Shown here piece after piece: positions 47,407-56,026 of a DNA stretch of 64,000 bases. The stretch is taken from positions 42,201 through 106,200 of the forward strand of contig JAFRJN010000004.1 in the NCBI GenBank assembly GCA_017432225.1, written 5' to 3'. The position numbers were made by a program, and so were the translations under genes. This DNA is from Candidatus Saccharimonadota bacterium (GTDB taxonomy: Bacteria; Patescibacteriota; Saccharimonadia; Saccharimonadales; Saccharimonadaceae). The notes under the pieces are model-generated. The model was not told the DNA's origin and ran no database searches. It worked only from the letters and a program-made list of their open reading frames with translations. Position 1 is the first letter of the stretch, and every line of letters begins with the position of its first letter.

Positions 47407-47982
47407 TTAGTCATCTACGATCTGAACGGTACAACCGTTCGGAGTAGCATTGTAGAGCCACTCTGCATCGGTAACCGAAAGTCTCACGCAGCCGCGAGAA
47501 ACGGATGTACCGAGTGCATCGACTTCTTCCTGAATGGGCTCTGCATCACCACTTTTACTGTAGCAGACGGTATGAAACATGTACCCACCTTTTTTCCATC
47601 TCATGCAGTATTTGGCATAAGTGCCATCTACCATGAGGTGGTAGCCGTCCCCGATAGTGTGCTCATAGATGCTGTAAGTACCTAAAGGGGTACGATGGCC
47701 TTCGCGGCCGGTAGACACTGTGAGCGTCCGGAGTAGCTGGCTGTCTTTGTTGTAGACATTGGCAGTGCAGGATACTCTGTGCACTATGATAAGTGCAGGG
47801 GTGCCATCAGTGGTGGTGGTAACGGTGCCGTCGGGATTGGTAACCGTATACAGAGGTACACCAGCTATTTGTGGTGTTTCTGCTTCGGTGGTGTCGCCGC
47901 AGGCATAAACTCTAGTAACAGGGGCCATGATGGCCAGGGCTATCATAATGATGCCAGTTAAGATTGCGTACATTTTTCTCAT
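47407..47982 (-). CDS. L,D-transpeptidase (YkuD domain) with signal peptide
   Basis: HRTPLGTYSIYEH...GGYMFHTV...SRGCVRLS catalytic motif. Start set at ATG 47982, with GGAGG 9 nt upstream. Confidence 0.8.
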   Translation of the reverse strand: MRKMYAILTGIIMIALAIMAPVTRVYACGDTTEAETPQIAGVPLYTVTNPDGTVTTTTDGTPALIIVHRVSCTANVYNKDSQLLRTLTVSTGREGHRTPLGTYSIYEHTIGDGYHLMVDGTYAKYCMRWKKGGYMFHTVCYSKSGDAEPIQEEVDALGTSVSRGCVRLSVTDAEWLYNATPNGCTVQIVDD

Positions 47983-48093
47983 AATACTCACCCTCCTTAT
48001 ATGTGAATGTACTCAAAATCAATTGCTATACTTTATATTATACCACAAGTGGAATAAAAAATCAAGTACTTTTTTGGATTTTCCTGAAAAATA

Positions 48094-48102
48094 TGATATA
48101 AT
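48094..48102 (+). promoter_or_regulatory. Extended -10 promoter of tRNA-Ser(TGA)
   Basis: TGATATAAT sits 7 nt upstream of tRNA nucleotide G1 (48110). Confidence 0.6.
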
Positions 48103-48109
48103 CAGAGAT

Positions 48110-48198
<89 letters not shown>

Positions 48199-48262
48199 TT
48201 TAAAATTGCCTGAACTAGAGGGCATTTTTTTAGTTGGGATTCGAATCTCGCTATGCTCGATG

Positions 48263-48283
48263 CGAATCCTGCCCCTTCCGCCA
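48263..48283 (+). pseudogene. Duplicated 3' end of tRNA-Ser(TGA), 21-nt exact copy
   Basis: cgaatcctgccccttccgcca at 48263-48283 is identical to 48178-48198. A second T-arm-like relic, gggattcgaatctcgc, lies at 48236-48251. Confidence 0.7.
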
Positions 48284-48284
48284 A

Positions 48285-48308
48285 AATCACCAATCTTGGT
48301 GATTTTTT
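48285..48308 (+). terminator. Rho-independent terminator before the pyrG promoter
   Basis: aatcaccaa-tc-ttggtgatt followed by a T run. The TGATATAAT box of pyrG starts at 48308. Confidence 0.65.
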
Positions 48309-48322
48309 GATATAATGGAGGT

Positions 48323-49978
48323 ATGAAGAGGTGTAAATATTTATTTGTGACTGGTGGGGTGTTGTCGGGTGTCGGTAAAGGGATTACGGCGGCGAGTATG
48401 GGGGCGATTTTGAAGGCTAAAGGCTATCGGGTGACGATGCAGAAGTGCGACCCGTACCTGAACGTGGATGCGGGGCTATTAAACCCGGTGGAGCATGGGG
48501 AGTGTTTCGTAACTCATGATGGGGTAGAGACGGACCTTGACCTCGGGCATTATGAGAGATTTCTCGACTTTGAGACTTCGAAATATTCGATTACTTTGTC
48601 CGGCTCGATTTATAAGGAGTTGATTGAGAGAGAGCGGGCAGGTGGATTTCATGGCAAAACGGTGCAGCTGGTGCCGCATTTTACCGACCTGGTGCAAGAA
48701 AAAATCGCTTTGGCCTCGAAAGATTCGGACGTACATATTGTGGAAATCGGGGGTACGGTGGGGGATTATGAAGGGTTGCCGTTTATTGAGGCGATTAGAT
48801 TATTTGCAAATAAAGTGGGGCGGCGGAACTGTTTGTATTTATCTGTAGTGTACGTGCCGTGGATTAATACTTCGAAAGAGCTCAAGACCAAGCCGGCGCA
48901 GAATGCACTCAAAGATCTCCGCGGATTTGGGATTATCCCAGATATCGTGTGCGTAAGGACGGAGAAACCGTGTCCACGGTCGATTTGTGAAAAAATCGCG
49001 GCATTTTCGGGGATTTCGGGAGACGCAGTGGTAAATTTGCCAGATATTAATTCGGTGTATGACGTACCATTTAATGTACTGAAATCTGGGGTGCTTGATA
49101 TTTTGAATGATTTTGTGGGTGATACAAGAGAGCCAGATATGAGTAAGTGGGCGGATTTTTCGGCGATGAGAGCGACGGATTTTGATCAGACGATAAAAGT
49201 AGGATTAGTGGCAAAATATGTAGGAAATGACGATACTTATATCTGTGTGACGGAGGCTCTGAAAGCGTCGGCGGCGCATAATAAAGTGAATCTAGATATC
49301 AAATGGGTAAATGCGGAAGATTTGGAGACTAATCCTCCTGAAAAGATGCTGGAGGGGCTAGATGGAATTGTAGTGCCAGGTGGGTTTGGTTCGCGTGGGG
49401 TGGAGGGTAAAATTAAAGCGGCAGACTATGCGCTTTCTCATAATTTGCCGTATCTGGGGCTGTGCCTAGGGATGCAGGTGGCATGTATCGCAGCGGCTAG
49501 ACGAGGTGGAGCCAAAGATGCTAGCTCTGAAGAGCTGGGTGCGAATGACAAGAATAACGTGATTTATATTATGGATGGACAAAAAGGGAAAGAGTCGACT
49601 GGCGGGACGATGAGACTGGGAGATTATCCGGCCAAACTTAAGAAAAAGACTTTGACGGCGGAGATTTACCGTGAAGAAGCGGAAGAATGCGGCGAATATA
49701 TATACGGTACGGAAGTTTTGAAAAGTGGTGATGTGAAAGTGATTGAAAGGCATCGACACCGCTATGAGGTAAATCAGAAGTTTTTGCCAGAGATAGAAAA
49801 AGGTGGGATTATCGTATCGGGGACTTCGCCGGACGGGAAACTAGTGGAGTTTGTCGAAGCACCGGAATGTGATTTCTTTGTGGCGACTCAAGCGCATCCG
49901 GAGTTTAAATCTAGGCCGCTCGCGGTGCATCCATTGTTTTATCATTTTATCAAAAATATCAAAAAACGTGCAAAATAG
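48323..49978 (+). CDS. pyrG: CTP synthase
   Basis: YLFVTGGVLSGVGKGITAAS N-terminus, GATase domain with GLCLGMQ. Confidence 0.97.
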   Translation: MKRCKYLFVTGGVLSGVGKGITAASMGAILKAKGYRVTMQKCDPYLNVDAGLLNPVEHGECFVTHDGVETDLDLGHYERFLDFETSKYSITLSGSIYKELIERERAGGFHGKTVQLVPHFTDLVQEKIALASKDSDVHIVEIGGTVGDYEGLPFIEAIRLFANKVGRRNCLYLSVVYVPWINTSKELKTKPAQNALKDLRGFGIIPDIVCVRTEKPCPRSICEKIAAFSGISGDAVVNLPDINSVYDVPFNVLKSGVLDILNDFVGDTREPDMSKWADFSAMRATDFDQTIKVGLVAKYVGNDDTYICVTEALKASAAHNKVNLDIKWVNAEDLETNPPEKMLEGLDGIVVPGGFGSRGVEGKIKAADYALSHNLPYLGLCLGMQVACIAAARRGGAKDASSEELGANDKNNVIYIMDGQKGKESTGGTMRLGDYPAKLKKKTLTAEIYREEAEECGEYIYGTEVLKSGDVKVIERHRHRYEVNQKFLPEIEKGGIIVSGTSPDGKLVEFVEAPECDFFVATQAHPEFKSRPLAVHPLFYHFIKNIKKRAK

Positions 49979-50005
49979 TTTTGACGCTTATGGTATAATA
50001 GTACT

Positions 50006-51769
50006 ATGGACGAAAGGGAGATACAGAATAAAAGGCGTGAAAACGAGGAGCAGGCTACTCGTGAGCGTGCAAAAATTTTGGGCCTGCCGTATGCAGATGC
50101 GAGAGAATTTGAAGATACAGTACCACTAGTGAAGGGGCTGATTGAAATTGAGCAGATGCATAAAGATTCGATTCTGCCTTTGTCTAGGGGTGGAGATAGC
50201 CAGCATTTTCAATTTTTGGTGACTAGCCAGACTCCGAAATCTGTGATCGACAAAATGCGCCAAGAATATTTGGATAAGGGTGAGCACGCGGACTTCTTCT
50301 TGATTTCTCTGTCGGCTTATCGGGTGCTGATGCTGCGCTACGATCCGCCAAAGGAGATTAAATATGATGATATCAAGATTGCTGGCGAAGGTGATTCGGA
50401 GACGATTGCGTCGGTATCCAAGACTCTTGCTAGCGTGTCGACGGAAAAAGTATTTGATTTCTTGATCGATCAGGCGGATAAGCTGGGGGCTTCGGATATT
50501 CATATTGAAAATTTGCGGGATGAAATTAGGATTCGGATGCGCGTGGATGGTTTGCTCCACCCAGTGGCAAAAATTGACCGAGATAGATACCGGATTTTTA
50601 TGGGGGAGCTGTCGTCACGGGCGGATGTTTCGACGGCATCGAATAAACCGCAGTCTGGGCACATGCAAAAAGAGATTGCAAGAGGGAAATCGTCGCACCT
50701 TCTAAATATTCGTGTGGAGACGATTCCGACGATGTATGGACAAGATGCAGTGCTGCGTCTGTTCAACTTTGATGAAACACTGCTTAATTTGGATTTGCTT
50801 GGTTTGTCGACTGACGAGCGGGCAGAAATTAATGAAGTGATTTCGCATCCGCGAGGGCTAGTTTTGATGGTAGGTCCTACAGGGTCTGGTAAATCTACTA
50901 CATTGTATTCGATGTTGAATGCTCTGAATACGACCGACCGTAAGATTATTACTTTGGAGGATCCAATCGAATATGGGATTACGGGGATTTCGCAGATTCC
51001 AATTCATACGAATGATGGCGGATCGTTTGCAGAAGGTTTAAGAAGTGTGCTTCGTCTAGATCCGGATGTAGTAATGGTAGGTGAGATTCGTGATGCGGAT
51101 ACGGCCAAGACAGCGATTCAAGCGTCTATTACTGGACATTTGGTTTTGTCGTCGTTCCACGCAAATTCAAGTTCGGCGGCGTTTTCGAGGATGATTGATT
51201 TGATTGGTGTAAACCCAATTTTTGCTTCTTCAATTCGGTTAGTAGTAGCACAGAGATTGGTGCGTAAATTATCACCTTCTAAAAGAGCGCGGCGAATTAC
51301 GGATGCGGAGGCGAGGTATATCCGCAAAGTGCTTGCTGGTGTGAGTCCGAAATGGTTTAAAGGCATCAAGGATGCAAGTGAAATTTTGGCGACGAAAAAT
51401 TCTGGACCAGTATTCACCGATGAGACGATGAACGCAACAAAGCTAGATAAAGCCCTTAAAGCTTACGATGATGACGCGGTGCTATCAGAAGCGGACTTGG
51501 AAGAGTTTGACTTTGGCGATTTGGTGTTATACGATCCGGTGCCAACAAGAGAAGAGCCGTTTGGATATAGTGGTCGAATGGTGATTATGGAACAGCTGGT
51601 AGTATCTGAAGATATGCAGGCGTTTATTAGCGGTGATGTGACGGATATTAATACTGCTGCAATTGAGAAGGTTGCCAAACAAAACGGAATGTTGACCCTC
51701 GAACAAAAAGGAGTGCTAGCGGCACTCAGAGGGGAAACGACTCTTGCTGAAGTATCTAGAGTAATATAA
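50006..51769 (+). CDS. pilB: GspE/PilB-family secretion ATPase (type IV pilus assembly ATPase-like)
   Basis: N-terminal T2SSE_N-like domain. Walker A GPTGSGKSTT, Asp box and His box (LSSFHANSS). Confidence 0.85.
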   Translation: MDEREIQNKRRENEEQATRERAKILGLPYADAREFEDTVPLVKGLIEIEQMHKDSILPLSRGGDSQHFQFLVTSQTPKSVIDKMRQEYLDKGEHADFFLISLSAYRVLMLRYDPPKEIKYDDIKIAGEGDSETIASVSKTLASVSTEKVFDFLIDQADKLGASDIHIENLRDEIRIRMRVDGLLHPVAKIDRDRYRIFMGELSSRADVSTASNKPQSGHMQKEIARGKSSHLLNIRVETIPTMYGQDAVLRLFNFDETLLNLDLLGLSTDERAEINEVISHPRGLVLMVGPTGSGKSTTLYSMLNALNTTDRKIITLEDPIEYGITGISQIPIHTNDGGSFAEGLRSVLRLDPDVVMVGEIRDADTAKTAIQASITGHLVLSSFHANSSSAAFSRMIDLIGVNPIFASSIRLVVAQRLVRKLSPSKRARRITDAEARYIRKVLAGVSPKWFKGIKDASEILATKNSGPVFTDETMNATKLDKALKAYDDDAVLSEADLEEFDFGDLVLYDPVPTREEPFGYSGRMVIMEQLVVSEDMQAFISGDVTDINTAAIEKVAKQNGMLTLEQKGVLAALRGETTLAEVSRVI

Positions 51770-51772
51770 AAC

Positions 51773-51847
51773 TGGTAGGGCCAGTAGGAATCGAACCTAC
51801 ATTGTATCCTTAGAGGGGATATGTCCTATCCGTTGAACGATGGCCCC
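51773..51847 (-). tRNA. tRNA-Arg(TCT), CCA encoded
   Basis: Acceptor GGGGCCA/TGGCCCT (G1-U72), anticodon stem TATCC/GGATA with loop CCTCTAA, T-arm GTAGGTTCGATTCCTAC. Position 33 reads C. Confidence 0.8.
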
Positions 51848-51865
51848 GTATTTATATATTATACA

Positions 51866-52615
51866 CTATTTTTCGGGTTTTCTCAACTTGTAATAAATTG
51901 ATGGGGCGAAGCGAATGGGGGCGAGGGCCTGCTGGGCGGTGTCTTCCATTTTGACAAGACCGCGGGTTTTGAAAATCTTTTTTAATGCTTTGCTGCGGAA
52001 GTTAGAAACGGACAAAACTTTTTCTTGTTTGAAACCGATGCGTTTGAAAAGCTCCTCGACGTATTTGGGATGGTAATTATAAAAGCCGGTTTCGCAAATT
52101 TCGGTGTAGTTGGCTGGCTCTTTGCTCCAAGGGTTTTCTTTGGAACGAAAAGTGATATAACGAGCCATTTTGGGTAGAGTACGCTTGTTGGCAACTTCAA
52201 TGACGGCGACGCCGCCTGGCTTCAAAACGCGGTAAAGCTCTTCCAAAGCTTCGTCGAGATGCTCAAGGTGATGAGTAACGCGGACCATCATGAGGCCGTC
52301 CAATTCGTTGTCGCGGAATGGCAATTTGTAAATATCGCCGGCTTTGGTGTCGAGTTTGTTGCCATAAATTTCTTTGGCTTGCTCGAGCTCGGTCTTGGAA
52401 TAGTCAAACAAATAAACTTTGCGAGCGCGCTTTAAGTATTCATTGGCGAGACGGCCGTAGCCACCGCCGATGTCGGCAAACTTTTCCATGCGCTTCGGGA
52501 GGAGCTTACGAATAGCCATACGATCGGCTTGGTCTTCGTATTCGCGATCGGCGTCTTCCCAAAAAATCTTCTTGTAATCATATCCATTATAATCTGAAAC
52601 GACTTTATTTGTCAT
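51866..52615 (-). CDS. Class I SAM-dependent methyltransferase
   Basis: FADIGGGYGRL motif I, LKPGGVAVIE. 249 aa. Confidence 0.75.
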   Translation of the reverse strand: MTNKVVSDYNGYDYKKIFWEDADREYEDQADRMAIRKLLPKRMEKFADIGGGYGRLANEYLKRARKVYLFDYSKTELEQAKEIYGNKLDTKAGDIYKLPFRDNELDGLMMVRVTHHLEHLDEALEELYRVLKPGGVAVIEVANKRTLPKMARYITFRSKENPWSKEPANYTEICETGFYNYHPKYVEELFKRIGFKQEKVLSVSNFRSKALKKIFKTRGLVKMEDTAQQALAPIRFAPSIYYKLRKPEK

Positions 52616-52651
52616 ATTTTTATTATAACATATTTATGATACAATAAAAGC
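52616..52651. promoter_or_regulatory. Divergent promoter pair, both -10 boxes 6 nt from a start codon
   Basis: Minus strand TGTTATAAT (52630-52622), N6, then ATG 52615. Plus strand TGATACAAT (52637-52645), N6, then ATG 52652. Confidence 0.6.
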
Positions 52652-53962
52652 ATGAGCAGAGTCAGAAAAGACAAGTTTTTGCGATGTGGTGTGCTGCTTC
52701 TGGCGTTTTTATTTTTGGCTTTGGCGCTCACGCAACCGACCTTGGCGCTCACGAGCCATCAAATTAATTTGTATGGGCAGAATAGTATATTTTTTTATGA
52801 TCCGAATGCGAACTGTGTGGATATGAATGATGAGGATGATGAGTCGGGTGAGAGTGTTGGCTGGGATGGACATTGTTCGGATGTGTCATCGTATAATTCG
52901 CAAATTTTTAAATATTTCTTTGACGTATATAAAGTGGCGAGCAGTAATGGGCTGCCGTGGGAAGGCTTGATGGCGCAGTTAATTGGCGAAAGTAGTTTTA
53001 TGACTAGAGAAGTTTGCGCATTTAACCCATTAGGTCTTAAAGGCGAACCGTCTTGCGACGGAAAACACCGAAGCTTTAGTAACTATGATGAGGCATTTGC
53101 ATATTATGTGAATAGTATTGTGCCGGTAAGAATGGCAAAAGGTAGATTTACGAGCGATCCTTATGGATATGTAGAATTTTTGATAAATGGGGTGCCAGGA
53201 TATAGATATGCAACTGACCCAGATTATATAAATAAGATTTCGGCGATAGTCTGCGGTTTACAAAAATGGGCACAAAGAAATAATCGGCCGATTTCAGGGG
53301 TTGGCTCGGGAAGTAGCTCAACTAGTACAGGCAGTACGAGTAACAGTTCTTTGTATTGTCAGCCAGATAACAGTGAAAAAGATCCCTACGAACGTGGAAA
53401 TTGTATGGAAAATGGAACTTGTAGTGATTACGTATTTCCCTTAAAAGGAGCGACGAAATCGAACTATTTGCACAATAGCAGTCTTTCGCCTTTGCCCTGT
53501 AGAAACCTCTCTATGGGTGGGTGCCACCACGATTACTTTGCGATGGATTTGGGGTTAAGCACGGGCACGAAGAATGAGAACAATTATCCAGATCTTGTCG
53601 GTAAATTTTCTAGTTATTATTGGCAATCGGTGGGGGTTAAAGTGGTCGCTATGACTTCAGGTAGAATTATCAGTTATAAACCATATTCTAGGGCTACTCT
53701 TAATTATCAAACTAAATGTGCTTCGGTGATATATCAAACGAATGATGGTAGAAAGTTTTGGCTAGGGCATATGTTATATGATTCTAGATACAAAGCAGGA
53801 GATAGTTTTGGAACTGGTGATGTAATTGGCGAGGTGGGGCCACCGCCTTGTGCTGTGAGTACGCAGGCGCATTTACATGTAGATGAAACTCCTACATACG
53901 GAAGCAGCGGGTCGGTTAAGACGGTTGAATTAATTAATACTTTGTATGAAAGGCTACGGTGA
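52652..53962 (+). CDS. Secreted peptidoglycan hydrolase, glucosaminidase-like N-domain plus M23-like C-domain
   Basis: Signal peptide. LPWEGLMAQLIGESSF (glucosaminidase/FlgJ-like). C-terminal CHHDYFAMDL...GDVIGEVG...AHLHVDE resembles the M23 HxxxD/HxH motifs. Confidence 0.6.
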   Translation: MSRVRKDKFLRCGVLLLAFLFLALALTQPTLALTSHQINLYGQNSIFFYDPNANCVDMNDEDDESGESVGWDGHCSDVSSYNSQIFKYFFDVYKVASSNGLPWEGLMAQLIGESSFMTREVCAFNPLGLKGEPSCDGKHRSFSNYDEAFAYYVNSIVPVRMAKGRFTSDPYGYVEFLINGVPGYRYATDPDYINKISAIVCGLQKWAQRNNRPISGVGSGSSSTSTGSTSNSSLYCQPDNSEKDPYERGNCMENGTCSDYVFPLKGATKSNYLHNSSLSPLPCRNLSMGGCHHDYFAMDLGLSTGTKNENNYPDLVGKFSSYYWQSVGVKVVAMTSGRIISYKPYSRATLNYQTKCASVIYQTNDGRKFWLGHMLYDSRYKAGDSFGTGDVIGEVGPPPCAVSTQAHLHVDETPTYGSSGSVKTVELINTLYERLR

Positions 53963-54522
53963 AGGATAAAATAGAAAAAAACAAAAAGTTAATTATTGTT
54001 GTTTTGGCTGGCGTGGCTGTTGCAATAATAATGACGGTAATTTTGGTAATAGTAAATAGCGCGCCAAAAACGGATTTTCCGGATGTGAATGAAGGACCAG
54101 GTGAAGAGGTGGATGAAAAATCTTTAGTTTTTTATAATCGAGATATTTTGACATTGACTTATAATATAGATATATCGGCTAGAATACTAGATAATATTCA
54201 GACGGTGGTTTTTTCGAAAGAAGAAATGGTTTTTTCTAAAAATAATGAGTCACAAGAAGGCGATAATAGTATATATTATGATGCGACGATTGATATTCCG
54301 AGTCTTGAATCTTATGATTTATATACGGTAGGATTTGAGGTGGGGATTTCGGATGGGCGAAAATATAAGGTGATGGTAAGGACGGATTCTTTGGACGAAA
54401 ATTACACATATATATACAGTGCAATAAAAAGAGAAGGCGGGGAGGAAATTTACTTTGTGGCGGACGGTGATGAAAGCGAACTAGCAGAGTTTAAGACTCT
54501 AGCCGAGGAGGTAATCGAGTAG
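53959..54522 (+). CDS. Hypothetical membrane-anchored protein
   Basis: 187 aa with one N-terminal TM. GTG start overlaps the upstream stop (GTGA). Confidence 0.55.
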   Translation: MKDKIEKNKKLIIVVLAGVAVAIIMTVILVIVNSAPKTDFPDVNEGPGEEVDEKSLVFYNRDILTLTYNIDISARILDNIQTVVFSKEEMVFSKNNESQEGDNSIYYDATIDIPSLESYDLYTVGFEVGISDGRKYKVMVRTDSLDENYTYIYSAIKREGGEEIYFVADGDESELAEFKTLAEEVIE

Positions 54523-55062
54523 CATTTTGGCGGTGAAGAAGCCGGCGAGCTCGTCGTCGTTATTGAGGACGAGAAAATAATAGGAATTGGTGCGTTCGAT
54601 TTCTTCGACGACGTGTTGTAATGAGTCAGTGACGTGAAGATATGAAACGGTTTTATCCATATACTTTTCGGCGCGGTCGGTCTTTTTGATTTCGAGAGCG
54701 TTTAATGCCTCGGTATGAATGACGCCTTTGACGTGATTTTTGTTGTCTACGACGGGGAAATTGGTGAAGCCGGATTTATATAATTTGTCGAGCATGAGAG
54801 GACCGAGAAAATCTTTGGCATTTACAAAAACCATTTTGGATTTATCTATCATCAAGTCGGCGACGATGCGGTCGTCAAAACTCATGACGGCGGAAATACG
54901 GGCGCGATCTTTTTGATTTAAAACGGTGAGTGGTGTGCGCTTAATCACGCCAATAAAATCTTGGATGGTCTTTGGCGTGTAAGGCTCGGGCTTTTTCACC
55001 TCTTCTGGCGCTTCGGACTCATCTGAACCTCCGATGATTTTTGATAAAAACTCACCTAGCAT
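54499..55062 (-). CDS. CBS-domain pair protein
   Basis: Two CBS-like segments (VADLMIDKSKMVFV...FPVVDN; VSYLHVTDSL...FLVLNND). Start set at ATG 55062. Confidence 0.7.
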   Translation of the reverse strand: MLGEFLSKIIGGSDESEAPEEVKKPEPYTPKTIQDFIGVIKRTPLTVLNQKDRARISAVMSFDDRIVADLMIDKSKMVFVNAKDFLGPLMLDKLYKSGFTNFPVVDNKNHVKGVIHTEALNALEIKKTDRAEKYMDKTVSYLHVTDSLQHVVEEIERTNSYYFLVLNNDDELAGFFTAKMLLDYLLG

Positions 55063-55092
55063 GTTATAATAATTATAACACAAAGGAGTAAT

Positions 55093-55872
55093 ATGAAAAA
55101 AGCAAGAGGTTTCTCAAAGGTGGGAGTGATAATTGGTGTGGTGGCGCTAGTGTTTGTAGCGGTGGCGACATATTTTGTAATAGACGGGAACAATAAAGCA
55201 ACAGATTTTACAAAATATGATTTTTATTCAGTGATTTCTGGGGACGAGCATAACGGAAATATTAGTGATCATGTGAAAACGGATAAAGATGGGTCTTATA
55301 CTGGCGCGCCGGTGTACGTGTTTGAATATGCGGACTATCAATGTCCGGGTTGTGCGTCACTCAACACCAAAATAAATCAGGTAGTGGATGAATTAAACGG
55401 GAAGCTCGTGGTGGTGTATAGAAATTATCTACTATCTTATCACCAGAACGCGACAGCGGCAGCTTCGGCGGCGGAAGCGGCAGGGATGCAAGGATTTTGG
55501 AAAGAATATGCGGATCTTTTATTTGCCAATCAAAGCGAGTGGCAGTATCTTAACGGCTCGGAAAGAACGGCGGCTTTTGAAAAATATTTTGTCCAGGTAG
55601 CTGGCGATAAAGCAGATATGGAAAAATTCCGTAGCGATCTAGCTTCGGACGCGGTGTCAAAAAAGATTAGCTTTGACATGGGGATTGGTAAACGTATAAA
55701 TGTGGAGGGGACACCAGCATTTTATGTAGAAGGCCAATTTATCCCTTGGAGCAAAAGCGAGGGTGGTTCGGTTACAATTGACGGCAAAACTATCACCTGG
55801 GATTCAGCGCTCTCTGGTAATGATTTTGTGAATATTTTGAAAAAAATTGTAGAAGCGAAACTCGGTGAATAA
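55093..55872 (+). CDS. DsbA-family thioredoxin-fold thiol:disulfide oxidoreductase, membrane-anchored
   Basis: CPGC active site (EYADYQCPGCASLN), N-terminal TM. AAGGAG SD upstream. Confidence 0.8.
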   Translation: MKKARGFSKVGVIIGVVALVFVAVATYFVIDGNNKATDFTKYDFYSVISGDEHNGNISDHVKTDKDGSYTGAPVYVFEYADYQCPGCASLNTKINQVVDELNGKLVVVYRNYLLSYHQNATAAASAAEAAGMQGFWKEYADLLFANQSEWQYLNGSERTAAFEKYFVQVAGDKADMEKFRSDLASDAVSKKISFDMGIGKRINVEGTPAFYVEGQFIPWSKSEGGSVTIDGKTITWDSALSGNDFVNILKKIVEAKLGE

Positions 55873-55956
55873 TTAAATTTCGATGAATTCTTGCCACTTG
55901 GCTGGGGCAATTTTAGCCTTTTGCTCTTTGGAATTTTTGGATTTTTTGATACGCAT
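55873..55956 (-). CDS. Candidate 27-aa basic small protein
   Basis: Manual translation gives MRIKKSKNSKEQKAKIAPAKWQEFIEI. TGATAGAAT (55972-55964), N7, then ATG 55956, the same geometry as many genes here. No homology evidence. Confidence 0.3.
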   Translation of the reverse strand: MRIKKSKNSKEQKAKIAPAKWQEFIEI

Positions 55957-56010
55957 GGTATCTATTCTATCAAAAAAATGCGCGTGATGCAAGCACAAAA
56001 ATGAATCTTA

Positions 56011-56019
56011 TGATATAAT
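56011..56019 (+). promoter_or_regulatory. Extended -10 promoter of aspS
   Basis: TGATATAAT sits 7 nt upstream of ATG 56027, with no SD. Confidence 0.6.
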
Positions 56020-56026
56020 ATATCTT

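Noticed and set aside
48199-48322. Integrated mobile element or prophage at tRNA-Ser
   Set aside because: Only about 64 nt separate the duplicated tRNA 3' ends, and no integrase, transposase or phage gene occurs anywhere in the window. At most this is a scar, which is reported as a finding.
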